Position numbers and translations under genes: made by a program. A stretch of 64,000 nucleotides of DNA from Dicyema japonicum. Lineage: Eukaryota > Animalia > Dicyemida. The stretch's first letter is position 1, and each line of letters begins with the position of its first letter. This document shows, piece by piece, positions 25,439 to 38,289 of the stretch. The DNA lies in the NCBI GenBank assembly GCA_011109175.1, contig RDEW01000019.1, positions 158,172 through 222,171 of the forward strand, written 5' to 3'. The notes beneath the pieces were generated by a model, which was given only the letters and a program-made list of their open reading frames with translations, made no database searches and was not told where the DNA came from.

Positions 25439-26107
25439 TTAGCAATTGAACCTATTAAATATAATCTCTCTATGTTTCGGATTGAGAATAGGACTAATAA
25501 TGCTCTCCAAACTGATAATTCTATGGTTAAACCTTGCAATGTCGAATAGTTTCCAATCAAATCGGTCCTCGTCATTGTCATCAAACAAGAGAAACTCAAC
25601 GATTGGAGAGAAGGCAATCTTTTTAACGTCACAATTCTTCCTCTCTTTGCATACGTCGCAGACAACACGAACAGAAGTACAAGACTGCTCGCAGACGCAC
25701 TCCTTGTCCTTATGTTTGTCCAACAAGGTGTTTATGGCCGTATATGAATATTCAATGTTGGGGTTTTCGTTGTTTAGCGTCAAAATAGATCGGTAGTAGT
25801 TCTTGCACGTGTGATTGTTGACTGAAGGGGTTGAGTCAATAAAATTCAACTCTTGGGAGGAGTCCATAGAAACCAAGTCGTGGTTTTCAAATTTCAAGTC
25901 ATCAAAGGGGTCTGTATTCTTTATTTGGTTAGATATCACTGTGGGTTTCAGGACATTTGAGAAAACAACGACGAGGCCACTGTCATCGTCCTCCTCCTCA
26001 TTTTCTTGACAAGTTGGAATAAGAAGTGAGTCATTGGAACCCCAGGAACTCAACTCCAAGGAATCAAGGGGAATATCATACAAGGATGATTCTGAATCTG
26101 AAGCCAT
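25439..26107 (-). CDS. PPP1R15: PPP1R15 family (GADD34/CReP-like) PP1 regulatory subunit, intronless, about 222 aa
   Basis: Acidic Ser-rich N-terminus, then KKIAFSPIVE (RVxF-type) and DEDRFDWKLFDIARFNHRIISLESIISPILNPKHREIIFNRF. This aligns with CReP KKVTFLEEV...[22 protein letters not shown]...LTFEHRERMFNRL. Likely start MASDSE at 26107. Confidence 0.8.
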   Translation of the reverse strand: MASDSESSLYDIPLDSLELSSWGSNDSLLIPTCQENEEEDDDSGLVVVFSNVLKPTVISNQIKNTDPFDDLKFENHDLVSMDSSQELNFIDSTPSVNNHTCKNYYRSILTLNNENPNIEYSYTAINTLLDKHKDKECVCEQSCTSVRVVCDVCKERKNCDVKKIAFSPIVEFLLFDDNDEDRFDWKLFDIARFNHRIISLESIISPILNPKHREIIFNRFNC

Positions 26108-27084
26108 ATTACAAACACACAATGATGAAATAATATTATTATTTTATTAATTATGAAAATTAAATATTTATATTTAAAAATTATTAATTTTTAATAATAT
26201 TAAATATTCTCGGAATTCATTCTCATTTATTTACGATTTTTTATTCCGTTTTCAAGGCAACAAATTTTTGTTCTATTATTAATTGCTTTGTCGTTAAAAA
26301 TCAGAAAATTCAAAGAGAAAATTTTTCTTAGAATTATATTTTTCATAATTGAACAACTTTAGAAGTTAGAAGCATTGGTAAAGGAAATCGGGAATCCAAC
26401 TAGACGCGATTCGATAGATGGTTTTCGCAACGCTTGGGAATTGCCATCGTCCGTCAATGTCCTCATGAATCCTTTTTGTGCCAATATCATTGAATAAATT
26501 TTAGTTAAAATTTAATCGATATATTTTCTAATTATAAAACACAAAAAACACGTGGGTAATAATTTATGGGAAATTATTATGGAATTGATTTATTTGGAAT
26601 TTCCAACTTCCACTTTCATTGATTTATTTTTTTCTGCTTATTATAATGGACAAGTCTGTTGCACTCAAATGAAGTAGAACTTTGAAGGGAATCCAATTAA
26701 TCGAGTAACCTCCATTGTTTGAGACCTTCCAATGTCACCAGAACCAGTGAAATGGAGAAATATCCATTGTAGTTCGTGAACCCTCCAATGGAGTGGGGGG
26801 AAGCGAAGCTCCTTTTGTGTGCTATCTAGGTGTCGCCTGTGGATCGCATGAAAGAAGAGAAGATTGATGATGGAAGATAAGATAGAGTAATAAACTTTCT
26901 GCCTGGTCGGTAGAGCATGAACCCTGTTATTTAAGTATTTGAAGTGACTCGATCTGTTTACTATGGACTTTAAAGACAATTTAGTAATCTCTTATTTTCG
27001 AGGTTCACGTGTTTACATTAATTTATTCCTCATATTGAATGAACAGTTCGAAAATAATGTAATAATCCTTCACATATTTCTTCT

Positions 27085-27295
27085 GGGCTGACGAGTGAGC
27101 TATCATCAGTGTTTCATCACTGCGGAACCAGATTGTCTTCTGGGACTCCACACAAGCAAAATAGATAAGAACGACAAGTAAAAAACATTGTCAATGTCTT
27201 GGATATGCCTTGGCTTAATTAGCAAGACTGTTCTTACTTCTCAAACAAAGTGTAGTTCTGCCTATGCAATGGAAACATTACTACTCCTTCCGGAA
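27085..27295 (+). mobile_element. SINE family B, 5'-truncated
   Basis: GACGAGTGAG..ATCATCAGTG..TCACTGCGGAACCAGATTGTC body without the tRNA head. Confidence 0.65.
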
Positions 27296-28005
27296 GAGCT
27301 ATCTTTACTCCACTGGTCCATTGAGTCTCTAGGTCACTGATTTGAAATAAAGGCCTTTCGGACATATTTGAGATTGAAAATGGGATACCCAGCTAATCTA
27401 GCGATTAAGGAGTACTTAGTTGAGACTGGATAATTCTCTACTTGCTTCCATCATTTGAACAGACCTAATCCCATAATAACCGATGATTTTTAATTTCAAA
27501 AAAATTTAAAGTATTCTATATTTCTTTTCTCGGTGTATCCTAAGTTAATAAAATTATAAAAAGAAGTAGTTGGTCGAAGGACGAGAAGTGACTTCCTTCT
27601 ATATTCCGAGAAACATTTACAATTTAATTTACTTCCTTCCATAGAAAGTATGCAATGAGTTTATGTATCATTGTCTGAAAATAGATTTCATCATTGTCGG
27701 GAACAGAACAGGGTCGAGAGCTCAGGAGAGGTATCCAAATGTTCAGGACATACAGCACATTGGGTGTGTCAACCTTGGTCGTTCAAAATCATCAAATCCG
27801 GAATATCCTGTTTATTTTGAAGGCTGTGCCTATCGAACTTGTGGAGGACACAAGGTAGAATGGTGGGCGATAAAATCACCGTTTAGAATATGTTAAATTG
27901 AAAAGGGGGAAGTAATCAGTTTGAATCTATTACACTTAGTTACGAATCTGAGAATAATTTTTTTAAATCAACAATTATTTTTTTATTATTAAAATAACAA
28001 AAAAT

Positions 28006-28292
28006 GCCGGGTGGCACAGTGTAACGAGTGTCGGGCGAAGGTCTGATGGCCCCTTGCTTTCGCTGATGTACATTCCAGCTGAAGGTTTCACGGATCTAAG
28101 ATGCTTTAACTTGACGAGTGACGTCATCATCAGTGAACATCTCACTGCGGAACCAGAACGTCTACAAAGGGACTCACATCTAACATAAAGAAAAAAGAAG
28201 TGAAAAGCATTTCATGGTTCTCCCACATCGATTAGTTATGGTAACTGTTCTTTACTTAAAATAATGTGTGTCCTGCCTGGGAGGAGCTATAG
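28006..28292 (+). mobile_element. tRNA-derived SINE (family B), full length
   Basis: GCCGGGTGGCACAGTG A box; body and 3' TGTGTGTCCTGCCT..GGAGCTATA match the 12957-13240 copy. Confidence 0.8.
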
Positions 28293-28653
28293 CTAACTTG
28301 CAAACGAGATGGCAGATGCTTGGTTGCAAGGTCCTCGTTATTCAAATAGTAATGACGTGGGAGGAATTGCAACACAGTACCACAAGAGTTATCTGAAGCA
28401 ATTGGTGGTAGATAGGAAGCTCCAGGTCTATCTACAGTCCACTGTATTAAAGCGGACCCTAGAGAGCCTGACACTGGAGTATAGGAGGCAGAGCCCGGAG
28501 ATGCCATATGGGCAGAGGGTTCAATTGGACAAGGCGCTCTCGGAGTTGTTTCAGCAACCAGAATCGAACCTGCATGAGGAGACTGGCGAAAGCAGGCGAG
28601 GAAGGTTGTTGATTATTAAATATTAGTTTTTTATTGTTTGTTAAATAAAGTGG
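28293..28653 (+). mobile_element. R4/Dong-like LINE 3' stub
   Basis: RKLQVYLQSTVLKRTLESLTLEYRRQSPEMP; ends TTAAATAAAGTGG like the copies at 35675 and 50087. Confidence 0.8.
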
Positions 28654-28999
28654 GATTATTTTTAGTAAAATAAAATAAATTTTATATATTGACTGTGTTA
28701 TAGTGTTTTTTCGTTACACATCTTTAAGTCGCAATCAGAAACAAGAAATCACTACAAGTGAAAATGGACATTCTTTATGTGGAACTGTTAAGGTGCTCAG
28801 ATAAAAGATCATCTTATATCTCATAAAGCTCAATTTGTGCTAAGATGTCGACATTTAATCACTTTTCTATGAATTTCTAAAAATTTCATAAATTATTCCG
28901 ACAGTGACATATATAATCTTGATGAGACTCCTTACTCGACTTACTCAAGAGACGCCCTATGCCCGGACGACATTCCGTATTTGCAGACTAAGAACTCTT

Positions 29000-30480
29000 G
29001 GATATAAACATTTCAAAGACTATCATCAGTGAAAATTGACGCCGAATTAGATGACATTTAAAAAACTTTTACGAAAACAGAACTAATTGAAAAACAACGT
29101 AACGATGATCACTTCTGTAAGAAGGTGATAGCAAGGGATCGTAAAGGAGATAAAAGATTTGGCAGATGTCATATGTCATTTTTGATAAAAATTAATCAAT
29201 ACTTAAGGGTGTGTCAAGCTATCCCAAACCGTAGCGAGCGCGCTTGGAATATGGCATTTCCAGTCATGCCTTGGACTATGCAGGAGGTTCCCCGTATCCG
29301 CGCCACTGTTGACTCTCCCGTTAATTACCCATCAACCACCACAAAACATTCCTACGTCTCATCTATGAGCGACGTTCTTCACGGAATATCCCTGTGAAGA
29401 CTATCGTCCGGTAGCGAGGCACTCCACGTCCTGTCGCCGCGGATGCCCTTTCCAGTACGGTCGAAGATGCCTTCCGCACGAACGCAATACAGGACTGGGT
29501 GCGCTAATCAGTTTTGCGCTTTCCGCACTGGGACCTGATCGAGATGGTCAGGGAAACAAGTGTCTCGCTACCGCTTTGAGGACCAATATTCATTCTCTTA
29601 TGGAAGAAACACATATCCCCAGTTGGCCCACATTTTCTAATCATACTCGGAATACACGTGGTCCGAACTTCCCGAAGTAATCTTTCACGTCCTGTTTTCC
29701 GCCAATTTGATAGCCTTCGATAGAAGGGCGGCGGAGTACAACCGGTTAAGGTCGAGTTTGTCTTCAGGAGAATGGCTGCTAAGATTGCCTCCAGATTTCT
29801 ATTCCACTCGTCACACAACTCTTCAACCCACCTCAAGTAGGCGTCGGTGTGTGCCTGGAATGTGAGACAGCTGTCCATTAAGTGAGAACATTCCTAAACC
29901 GCAGTATAGAAAATTCATCCTTACTTTAAGGGGACTCTTCAATTCCGGAGTGCAACAAGGAAATCCCCTTAGACCCCTGTTGTTCTGTCTTACAATCGAG
30001 AAGATCCCCAATCATCATGCGTTCAATGGGGAGGGCTATTCGAGAAAACGTGTCTACTTGACGTACAGCTTCAACGTACAAGGCTTGCATATGTCCTGAG
30101 AACTGCCCCCTATTTTACCCAATGTGACCAACTCGCACAAATTTACGGGATTTTGCGTTAGACAGAGCAGCGTATCTTAAACGTCCGGTTTGAAGAATAC
30201 TCATGGAAGCAGACCACACTGCAGATGAGACTCGGAGGGCTTGGAATTCACAACCCTGTAGACATTTATCTCCCTGCATATCTCTCGTCACTGATGACCT
30301 GTAATAACCTTGTCAAGAGGATTCCACACTCCTCCATGAATTCTCTATGACCAGGATGCAGGTCATTCTCGTGAGTCTGGAGCCGTACCTATTAGTTTTC
30401 CCAACCTTCCATGTTCTCTCAACGGGGTCTGGACAATGCCGTATGCCGGAAGTTTTTTAAAGATCTGCTAGTATCACTTA
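29000..30480 (+). mobile_element. CRE-clade LINE RT region, degraded
   Basis: PQVGVGVCLECETAVH*VRTF and SGVQQGNPL motifs with many stops. Confidence 0.65.
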
Positions 30481-30615
30481 ACCAACCATTTTTTCGAGGA
30501 CATGGAAATTTAGAAAACAGATAAATTTAATAAAAAATTAATCGTCAAAAAATTATATATTTTTAATTTTATAATAAAATTAGCGCATTATTTTATTCTT
30601 ACCTAGTGTCTTGTT

Positions 30616-33535
30616 ATGGATTATTCCCTGGCCTCCACACCTATTAAAAAACCTCGCGACCCAGCTGCAGCTAAGGTAAAACACTAAATAACCCTTTAGC
30701 TGCTAAAATCGAAACTGAAATTTTATAGTTCACTTCTTGAAGAGAAAAAAATTAATAAAATTAGATTCGAAGGAGAGATTCGTAGCAAAATCGTGGAAGA
30801 GATCAAAGAATCCGGAATCCTTTCAAAAAAGAGGTTTTCTTGTCTCGTAAAATCCATAGTCAAGTCTTAGACGATGATTTCAACAACGCCCTTAACACAA
30901 CTCGTGGAGAAATAATTCGCCTCGTAGAAAGCGTTCGTCAACCAGAAACCGATAAAGTAAAACATGTTAACTTATTTTAGACAGAAAATCAAATTTTGGA
31001 AGCAAATCTGTAGTTTTGATGATTTATTTATAGGAAAAAATGCGAAGAAGAGATGAATGAGGTTAAACGGAAACTCAGTTTGACCGAATTTGAGCTTTTT
31101 GAAATGAAAATGTCGAGAAAATCTCAGGCCTGCAACGAAGTTTTTAATTGTCTTTAGCTTAGCCTTTTCCTCAGCGAATTTTACGTCAGCTTAAACAGCT
31201 AAGAAAAGAAAACGCAGAAAACCGTGAATTTATCGCTAATCTCCACACTACTTTTACTGCTTTTAAGGACATTATAGCAATCCCCGACGCTAATGAAATC
31301 CTCCACCATAAGATACCAGTTGTCAAGAGCCCCCTAAAAGCGGAAAATCAGCAGAATACTCCGAATTTACAATTTTCCTATCGAAGTTCAGATATTTTCT
31401 CTTCGCGTGGTGAAATGGATATTGATTTGGGAGATAAACCCGAAACTACTGGGGAAAATTCACCTATTCCGCTTTTTAAAAGAATACGCGAAAATTCTGG
31501 AATATATTCCGCCGGAAAATGCAACCGAAATGATTCGGGTATGCTCTTCTACACTGCTGGGACTTCCATAAGCTACAGAACGTGTCAAATGTGACATCAA
31601 TAATTAAGGATTCTATAATCATCCAAAAGATTATCGACGTGAAGAAACTGAGACAAACTGTGAAAAAAAGACGGCTTGGATCAACCTAAAAATAATTCTG
31701 GGATATTTTCCATGGGAAAAAATCATCAAATTGATACTGATGTGTTATCATGCATCTCTGAGGTTCCTCATAGTCAGAATGTTGAGCTACAGAACGCCTC
31801 ATTAAGACCAATAATCGAAGAATCTCAAATCATCCGTGATGGCTACCAAGGTTGGGGAACACAGGCAAATAATGACGACTTGTATCAATCCATACGTGAT
31901 AATTCTGCTATATGTTCCGCGATAAAAAGTTCCACCATTGATTCGATTTTGTTGTCCCACACAGCTGAGGCATCTCAGAGGCCAAATTCAGAGTTACTGA
32001 ACCCCTCATGTTTAATGCCAATGGTTGATGATGCTCTAATCGTCAATCAAAATCAGAGTGGGATGAATGAGACAGACAAAGATGGAAGTGACAGTATGAA
32101 AGATCATTCGCCTGTCTTTGTGAGTAAAACAAGAAATTTTGGTCAAACTCTTTCACCCTCGTGTGACTTTATGGCAAAGAAGTCATTTTTTGAATCCTTC
32201 GTGAGTCCTAAACCTTCGGAAAATGAAGATATTTGTTCCACAAAGTCGATGGATTTTGGTATTATTAACGACATGGAACCCTCAGGTATTTCCATCAAGT
32301 CTTTACTTTTAGTTCATAGCCCCAGAGTTGGTGACGTTTTTGATGGCGTTCATCTTTCCGAGATTTCTGTTCCTGCTGGATGTCAGTCAGAACAGTGTTT
32401 TGATGCGACTACACATGCAAATAATCCCCCAAATGTGCAAACACCATCAAAATCAGTTAATTCTCTTCGTGAAATGAAAATGACTACGTTTCCTGTGCAT
32501 TCTCCCGCCAACAATAATTCACAGGAGAGCTGTGCTACACGTCATGATGCACTGGAATCCCGTCTTTCTGCTCTTACTTGTGATTTTGAGACGCTCAAAC
32601 GACGATTCGAAGATTTCTTAGTACGATATGAGACTGAAAAGGAATCACAGAGAGACGTTGAAGTGTCCAGGAAGCAGCATTCGTTAACTCCCTTACCCAA
32701 ACGTTTCTGTTCTCCTAAAGACGATACAGTACACTTTGATTCGTCTAATCAACATTCCACTCATGAATTTCGTGAACTGCTCACAGGTCTTCTTCAAGAA
32801 GAGTTCCTTAAATGAACCTAAAGAGAGTTCACTTCAGCATACAATCACAAATCCTGATTTGACCTTGGCAAATCAGAGTTCTGCTAATGTTGAATGTACT
32901 GGGTCTCCCATTAAATCAAATTACTCTAAAAATAGTGCTACATTCAGGAGTAATTCCGTTTATTTATGTTAGGAATCCCTTCTTCAACACTAAATTCCTC
33001 GGAAAAACCCAAAAAAGAGTTTATTTGAAGGTGGTGTATGGTTTTATGATAGATGACGCAACAGAGAATAAAATTGGGTCTATTTTGAAGGGTAATGCTT
33101 TGTTTATAGCTTAGAAGCGAGAGAGTGTGCTGTGTCTCTAACAAGTGTTGGTCCCTGTGAAGAGGTTGGGAGATTTTTTAATGCAGGCTGTGACCACTTC
33201 TTTGATGGCTCTATGAGGAAATGGGACAGTTTATAATAGACTATTCTGATGCTGGCTGTAATGAGCTTGAGGAAGATATTGACGACAGCGTACATTTTGA
33301 AGATTTACTGTAGAGTTCTGGGAGTACTGTCATGAGCAGAGTAATAAAACGGAGAAGGAATGCTACATTAAAGTCAAAGCTTTTCTCTTTAATGTCCCCA
33401 CTCAAAAAACAAAGAAAAACAGAGGAAAAGAATGCGCCCAAGCATAAATACAAATTGAGGAGTAATAAATACTCGGATTATGATTGTACTACTTCTAATT
33501 TGTATTCTATGAAAACTAGATCAAAGAAAAAATAA
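30616..33535 (+). CDS. Multi-exon gene or decaying gene: coiled-coil N-terminus, long Ser-rich low-complexity exon, basic C-terminus; unknown family
   Basis: From ATG 30616, several 23-26 nt GT-AG introns join MDYSLASTPIKKPR...KIRFEGEIRSKIVEEIKE...EEEMNEVKRKL. The 379-codon ORF 31676-32815 follows, but junctions near 31.66 and 32.8-33.1 kb need frameshifts or unresolved introns. Confidence 0.45.
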
Positions 33536-33639
33536 ATAGTTTAAATTGCTATTTTGATTTTTGTTTTTTACTTTGCTATTTTTTGAGTAATTGTTTTTTA
33601 GCGTTGTTTCATGTGTTTCACAATTTGTTGAGTCGTTCA

Positions 33640-34520
33640 ACATCAACGTGATATGGAAAGGATCCATTATACTCCCATACCCAACTGATTACCTCGAAGG
33701 GGTGACTCGATTATGTTCCTGTTCTAATCTTCTTGCTGTCTAGTGGTGTGGACCCTAACTATTCTACAACTGAATGTCAACGGGGTATGTAGTAAAGTTA
33801 TGGAATTGGCCTTTCTGATTGCAGTCTTTAAAGTGGACATTGCTTTACGTCAATTCAACTCCAGAATATCGCAGCTGATTCGAGCTAACTAGACACAAAT
33901 GGACCCGTCTCTTTAGGCAAATATACCACCTTCTCTAAACGGTCTTATCAACGACGATGACAATGGTGGATCGCCCAGTCCCTACAGTCTAGCTACAATC
34001 ATGTGAATAAACTAATAAAACACTACGTCGCCATAAATCATAAAGACTTAGATCATTCCGTACGAATGGAGTACAGCAATCCAAAACCTACACTTCAATT
34101 ACCTACTTTTCACCATCTCCAACCCGTGTATGTGGCCTTTATGTGATATTATAGATTCACTTTAAAAATCTTAGACCTCGGGCTTAATTATTCAATCAAC
34201 ACCACATTCCCCCAATATCTTAATTATTCTATCAACTTCAAATTCCCCCAAATATCTGATAGAATTCCTTGATCACATCTATTTTGAAAACAGGAGAGCC
34301 AAAAGATGAATCTACGTTGTACCGCCAAGTCTCCCTTACATGCACAATGTCAATGTGCTGTAAAAACTTGTCCTAAGGATAATTTTCCCAGATCTTTTAT
34401 CGCCTCCCTTCCAGCATGGCTTCAGACCGGATCGTTCAACTACGAAGCACATGGTCTATCTCACAGTCTATCACCGATGGTTCAGCACACTAAAACTCTT
34501 ATATGAGCAGCCTTGTTCCA
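33640..34520 (+). mobile_element. Jockey-like LINE RT remnant
   Basis: Patchy RT-like translation, similar in style to 62100-62560; many stops. Confidence 0.4.
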
Positions 34521-34609
34521 AGTTGACATACTGTAGGCCAGGAGTCTCAAACACGCGGCCCAAAAATAATCTAAAAATTAATATATTTATTTATTTATTT
34601 TTTTTTTTA

Positions 34610-34930
34610 TTTTTTTATATGAAAATAATTTTTTAACAAAGAAAATGTCAGTTGAGGAAACCTGCTGCGTGGATTGCGAACGAGTTCCCTCGGAGTATGG
34701 CCATTCCAATCTTTTGTCTCAGCCATAACCCTTCTCGTTGATCCCTTTTCTTTTCTGGCAAGCATTCCTCCGAGTTCTTGCAAGAACTCAGCTGTCATTG
34801 GACCAACGGCTCTCGATGATTCGGTCGCAACAGGAGTAAATTGATAGCTGTCTCCTAGGCAAGAATATTTCTTGATTTTTAGGTTCTCCGTAGTCGAAGC
34901 AGCTGCTCCAGGTGTCTGAATTATGTTATT
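34610..34930 (-). mobile_element. CRE-clade LINE 3' stub
   Basis: KIKKYSCLGDSYQFTPVATESSRAVGPMTAEFLQELG matches the C-terminus of the 20182 element. Confidence 0.7.
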
Positions 34931-35674
34931 CATTTTGAATTAAAATAATTTTGACACTCATTTTTTTAATATGAGACTAGACTTCAGATCACGGGAAGGT
35001 GGCCCTGAAAATTCAGGCAGTCCTGTACGTTCATGCGCGGGCACGAAGGAAGAACACCGGGCAAAGATGAAGTCTCTGTCAGAATGCATCGGGATCACGT
35101 GATAATTAGTTTGTTTTACCGTGGTCTTGGGTTAAATAAATAAATTAATTTAAAAAATGTTTTTTGTTTGAGTGCGAAAAGAGTATAATATAAAAAAGCA
35201 TTACGAGTCTTGCCACAAAGATGACGGTTGAGTAGAAGAAATGTACTGAAAATATTTTTTGCTTTGAGACAAGAAATTAATTTGTTTTTGGTAATAAGAG
35301 ACAATCATGTTCCTGAGCTCTCTGAACAAATTTTTATGACAAATCTTGAATTCCAATGGAGATAGTAGAACTTCAAAATGACACCCCGTTAGAAAGAAAA
35401 ACGTAAAGTTGGAATTCCATAATTACATATTTTAACTACATGCTTTATCTTTACGATTTATGCAATGTTTGGCAATACTTACGTATGCGAACAATTTTTT
35501 TCAACTATGAAATTAAATAAGTCCTCTTTTAGATCATGATAATGAGTGAGCATGTGCAGTCTTTATTAAGGCTGGCTACTTTAAAAAAACATAGTCTGAC
35601 CAGAATCATTGCTTTACAAGAGAAGTTGTCAAAAATCGTTGAATATTAAGTAATAAACTGTTTTACGTTTAAAG

Positions 35675-35985
35675 CCACTCTATTTAACCAACAATAAAAA
35701 GTTAATATTTAATAATCAACAACCTTCCTTGCCTGCCTGTTTGCCAGCCTTCTCAGGTAGGTTCGATTCTAGTTGTTGAAACAACTCCGAGTGCGCCTTG
35801 TCCAATTGAACCCTCTGCACATATGGCATCTCCGGGCTCTGCCTCCTATACTCCAGTGTCAGGCTCTCTAGGGTCCGCTTTAATACAGTGGACTGTAGAT
35901 AGGCTTGGAGCTTCCTATATACCCCAACTGCTTTAGATATCCCTTGTGGTACTTTGTTGCAATTCCTTCCCACGTCATACAAACC
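35675..35985 (-). mobile_element. R4/Dong-like LINE 3' stub
   Basis: RKLQAYLQSTVLKRTLESLTLEYRRQSPEMPYVQRVQLDKA. Confidence 0.8.
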
Positions 35986-36669
35986 TCCATGATGAGGATT
36001 TTGGCCAGACTCCTTATAGTGTACCGCAAGGCAATTATAAAGAAACGCCCCTTCCCTCCTGTTGACTGAGTATTCAGATTGTATAACCAGGCAATCCCCC
36101 AACATGGTCAGAACAATGAACACTTATTTTGTTATTCCGCTCAGACAGATTAAGATTTCCATCACTTTAATTCAATTTATTGACCTCGGAATAACAAGAG
36201 TTATTGTTAAGTTAAGTGATTCCTGTGTCCATGTGAGGTTTTCCCTTGCGGTTAGTTTTGGAGTCCTGAATTAATATCTATTAAGGAAAAGGTTTCTTCT
36301 CGTATCTCTCTGGCGTCTAGATATAGTTCAGCTTTCTGCCTGAGGGGATGTTCAGGAGACTTGACAATCTTGAGGAAGTCTCGATGGTGTTCTGTATGGT
36401 CTTCCAATCAATCTTATGTTTAGCCTTTTCTTCAGTAATATTTACTTATTCGTGATGCTTTTAGGGTATTAATTTGTGCTACCATTTTATAGGCAAAACA
36501 TCCTCAATATTTTACATATAGGTCTTTTTGTACCTGCTACCTATAGACAGTATGGAAGGAACTGGGAACGTAGCCTTGGCGCTCGTCTCGTAGTCACTAC
36601 TAGGCAAACTAATATTTGCTTGTAAGAGAGAAGGTGAGTCTGTTGGTTACAATTGTATGCAGTTTTCTC

Positions 36670-36905
36670 CAGACAGTATGCATTCCTCCGAAATCTGGCC
36701 AATCCAAGGTGGTGTCTAAGCCAATATGCATTCCCCCAGACAATGGCCAATCCAAGTGGTGTCTAAGCCAATATGCATTCGCCCAGACAGTCAAATTCAA
36801 TGCGATGTATAAGCCAATATGCATTCCCCAGACGCTAGCCAATACAAAGCGTTGTCTACGCCAATATGCATTTCCCAGACGCTGGCCAATCCAAGGCAGT
36901 GTCGA
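36670..36905. repeat. Imperfect minisatellite, about 5 units of 46-48 bp
   Basis: Recurring GCCAATATGCATTCCCCAGAC...GGCCAATCCAAG. Confidence 0.8.
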
Positions 36906-36969
36906 GACCATAAGGCAGAATGAATTGATCTAAGAGACATCCAATTTTTTAAGCACTTACGGGAAATCA

Positions 36970-37325
36970 AAAATTAATTAGATTAATTAAGTTCCCTTTG
37001 TGCCACGTCCAGTATCCTCCCACACATCCTCTTCCATGTTCCCCTATTCCGGGCCATTGCTCGTAGTGAGTCAAGATCTTCACCATTTCGTTGAGTTTTG
37101 TTTATTCGGATTAGGTCATCATTTAGTACTGAAGGAAACGTCACTCTAGGCCTGCCACGGAATGATCCCTTCAGTTGTGCGAAATAGTTCTCCATTGCAA
37201 TGTTTGGTGGAGTCAACATATCCATTCGTAAGATGTGACCAAAAAGTCTCCACCTAGCCTTGAGAATCTCCTCTGATAATGGCCTTAAGCCACATCTTTT
37301 GTACAGTTCTGAATTTGACATCCAA
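36970..37325 (-). mobile_element. RTE LINE 3' stub
   Basis: ELYKRCG...RWRLFGHILRMD...RGRPRVT...ARNRGTWKR, ending in a TTAA-rich tail. Confidence 0.8.
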
Positions 37326-38289
37326 TTGCTAAAAATATAATTTCAAAAAAAGTATTTTTCGTTTAGTAAAAGTTAATTTAAACAAATAATAATTTCTTAT
37401 AATCAAAACATCAGATATGTCTAATAATATAGGAATCGTAGACAACTGAGAGAAATTTGATTGTCTACGACCTTGTCCTTTCTATTAATATCTGAGACGT
37501 GATAAAGCGCACTGATATTCTTTCCACCAATAATATAGAATCCTTCTCCAAAGAAGCCAACGTCTTCTTCATTTTTCCCGTAATAAAAGTCATGCTGCTT
37601 GTTGTTTTCTTCCACGGAATACACTATCCAGCCTTGTTTATAAAGGATTTGATATTAAGTTTCGTTTCCAGGCCGAATTTGTCCGATTTGAGTTTCAATA
37701 TTTCGCATAATTTTTGATTCTTTGATTTTTTAAGACCCCAACTCAAGGAGGCGGTTAAACTGAACAGTAGAAGGCCTAGAAAATCAGACCACGTTTGAAC
37801 CAATAAGTAAGATTGCGACTCCATAATTCATTATGTTCGATTTTTTCTGAATCTTCGGTTTTTCGGACATTTTTTGTGATTCCGGTTTACTAATTTTTAA
37901 TAAAATTTACTTTCCCGAAGTCAACCTCCTATTAATGTTGCTACTGGAAGATGAATCCTGGCTGTTCTGTGCTGTAGTTTTTCCACTGTCTTTGTATAAG
38001 TTAGAGTATCCACTCCCAGACATGCTATTTTCTTGGGGAACAGTCATCTCAAATGTTGCAGGATACTCAGTAGTGACCCATTCGTAATCTGTGGATGCTG
38101 GTTACTAAGAATAAACGTAGAATTAATACGAGAAAGATTCATGGTCAATTTTGAAAGTCTTGTCCCCTTTTATATTGGTCTCGTTTTTGGGATCAATTTC
38201 GAATCTCATGATTGATACCACATCCACGAAATTCTTCCATTATCGACTGTTTTCTTGATAAATAGATTTGTTGAGTTTTCACTGGGAAA

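Noticed and set aside
25446-26009. Plus-strand ORFs overlapping PPP1R15
   Set aside because: Antisense shadows of the real minus-strand gene.
30700-30830. Kinesin-6 (KIF20/KIF23) stalk resemblance in KIRFEGEIRSKIVEEI
   Set aside because: Generic coiled-coil similarity and no motor domain upstream.
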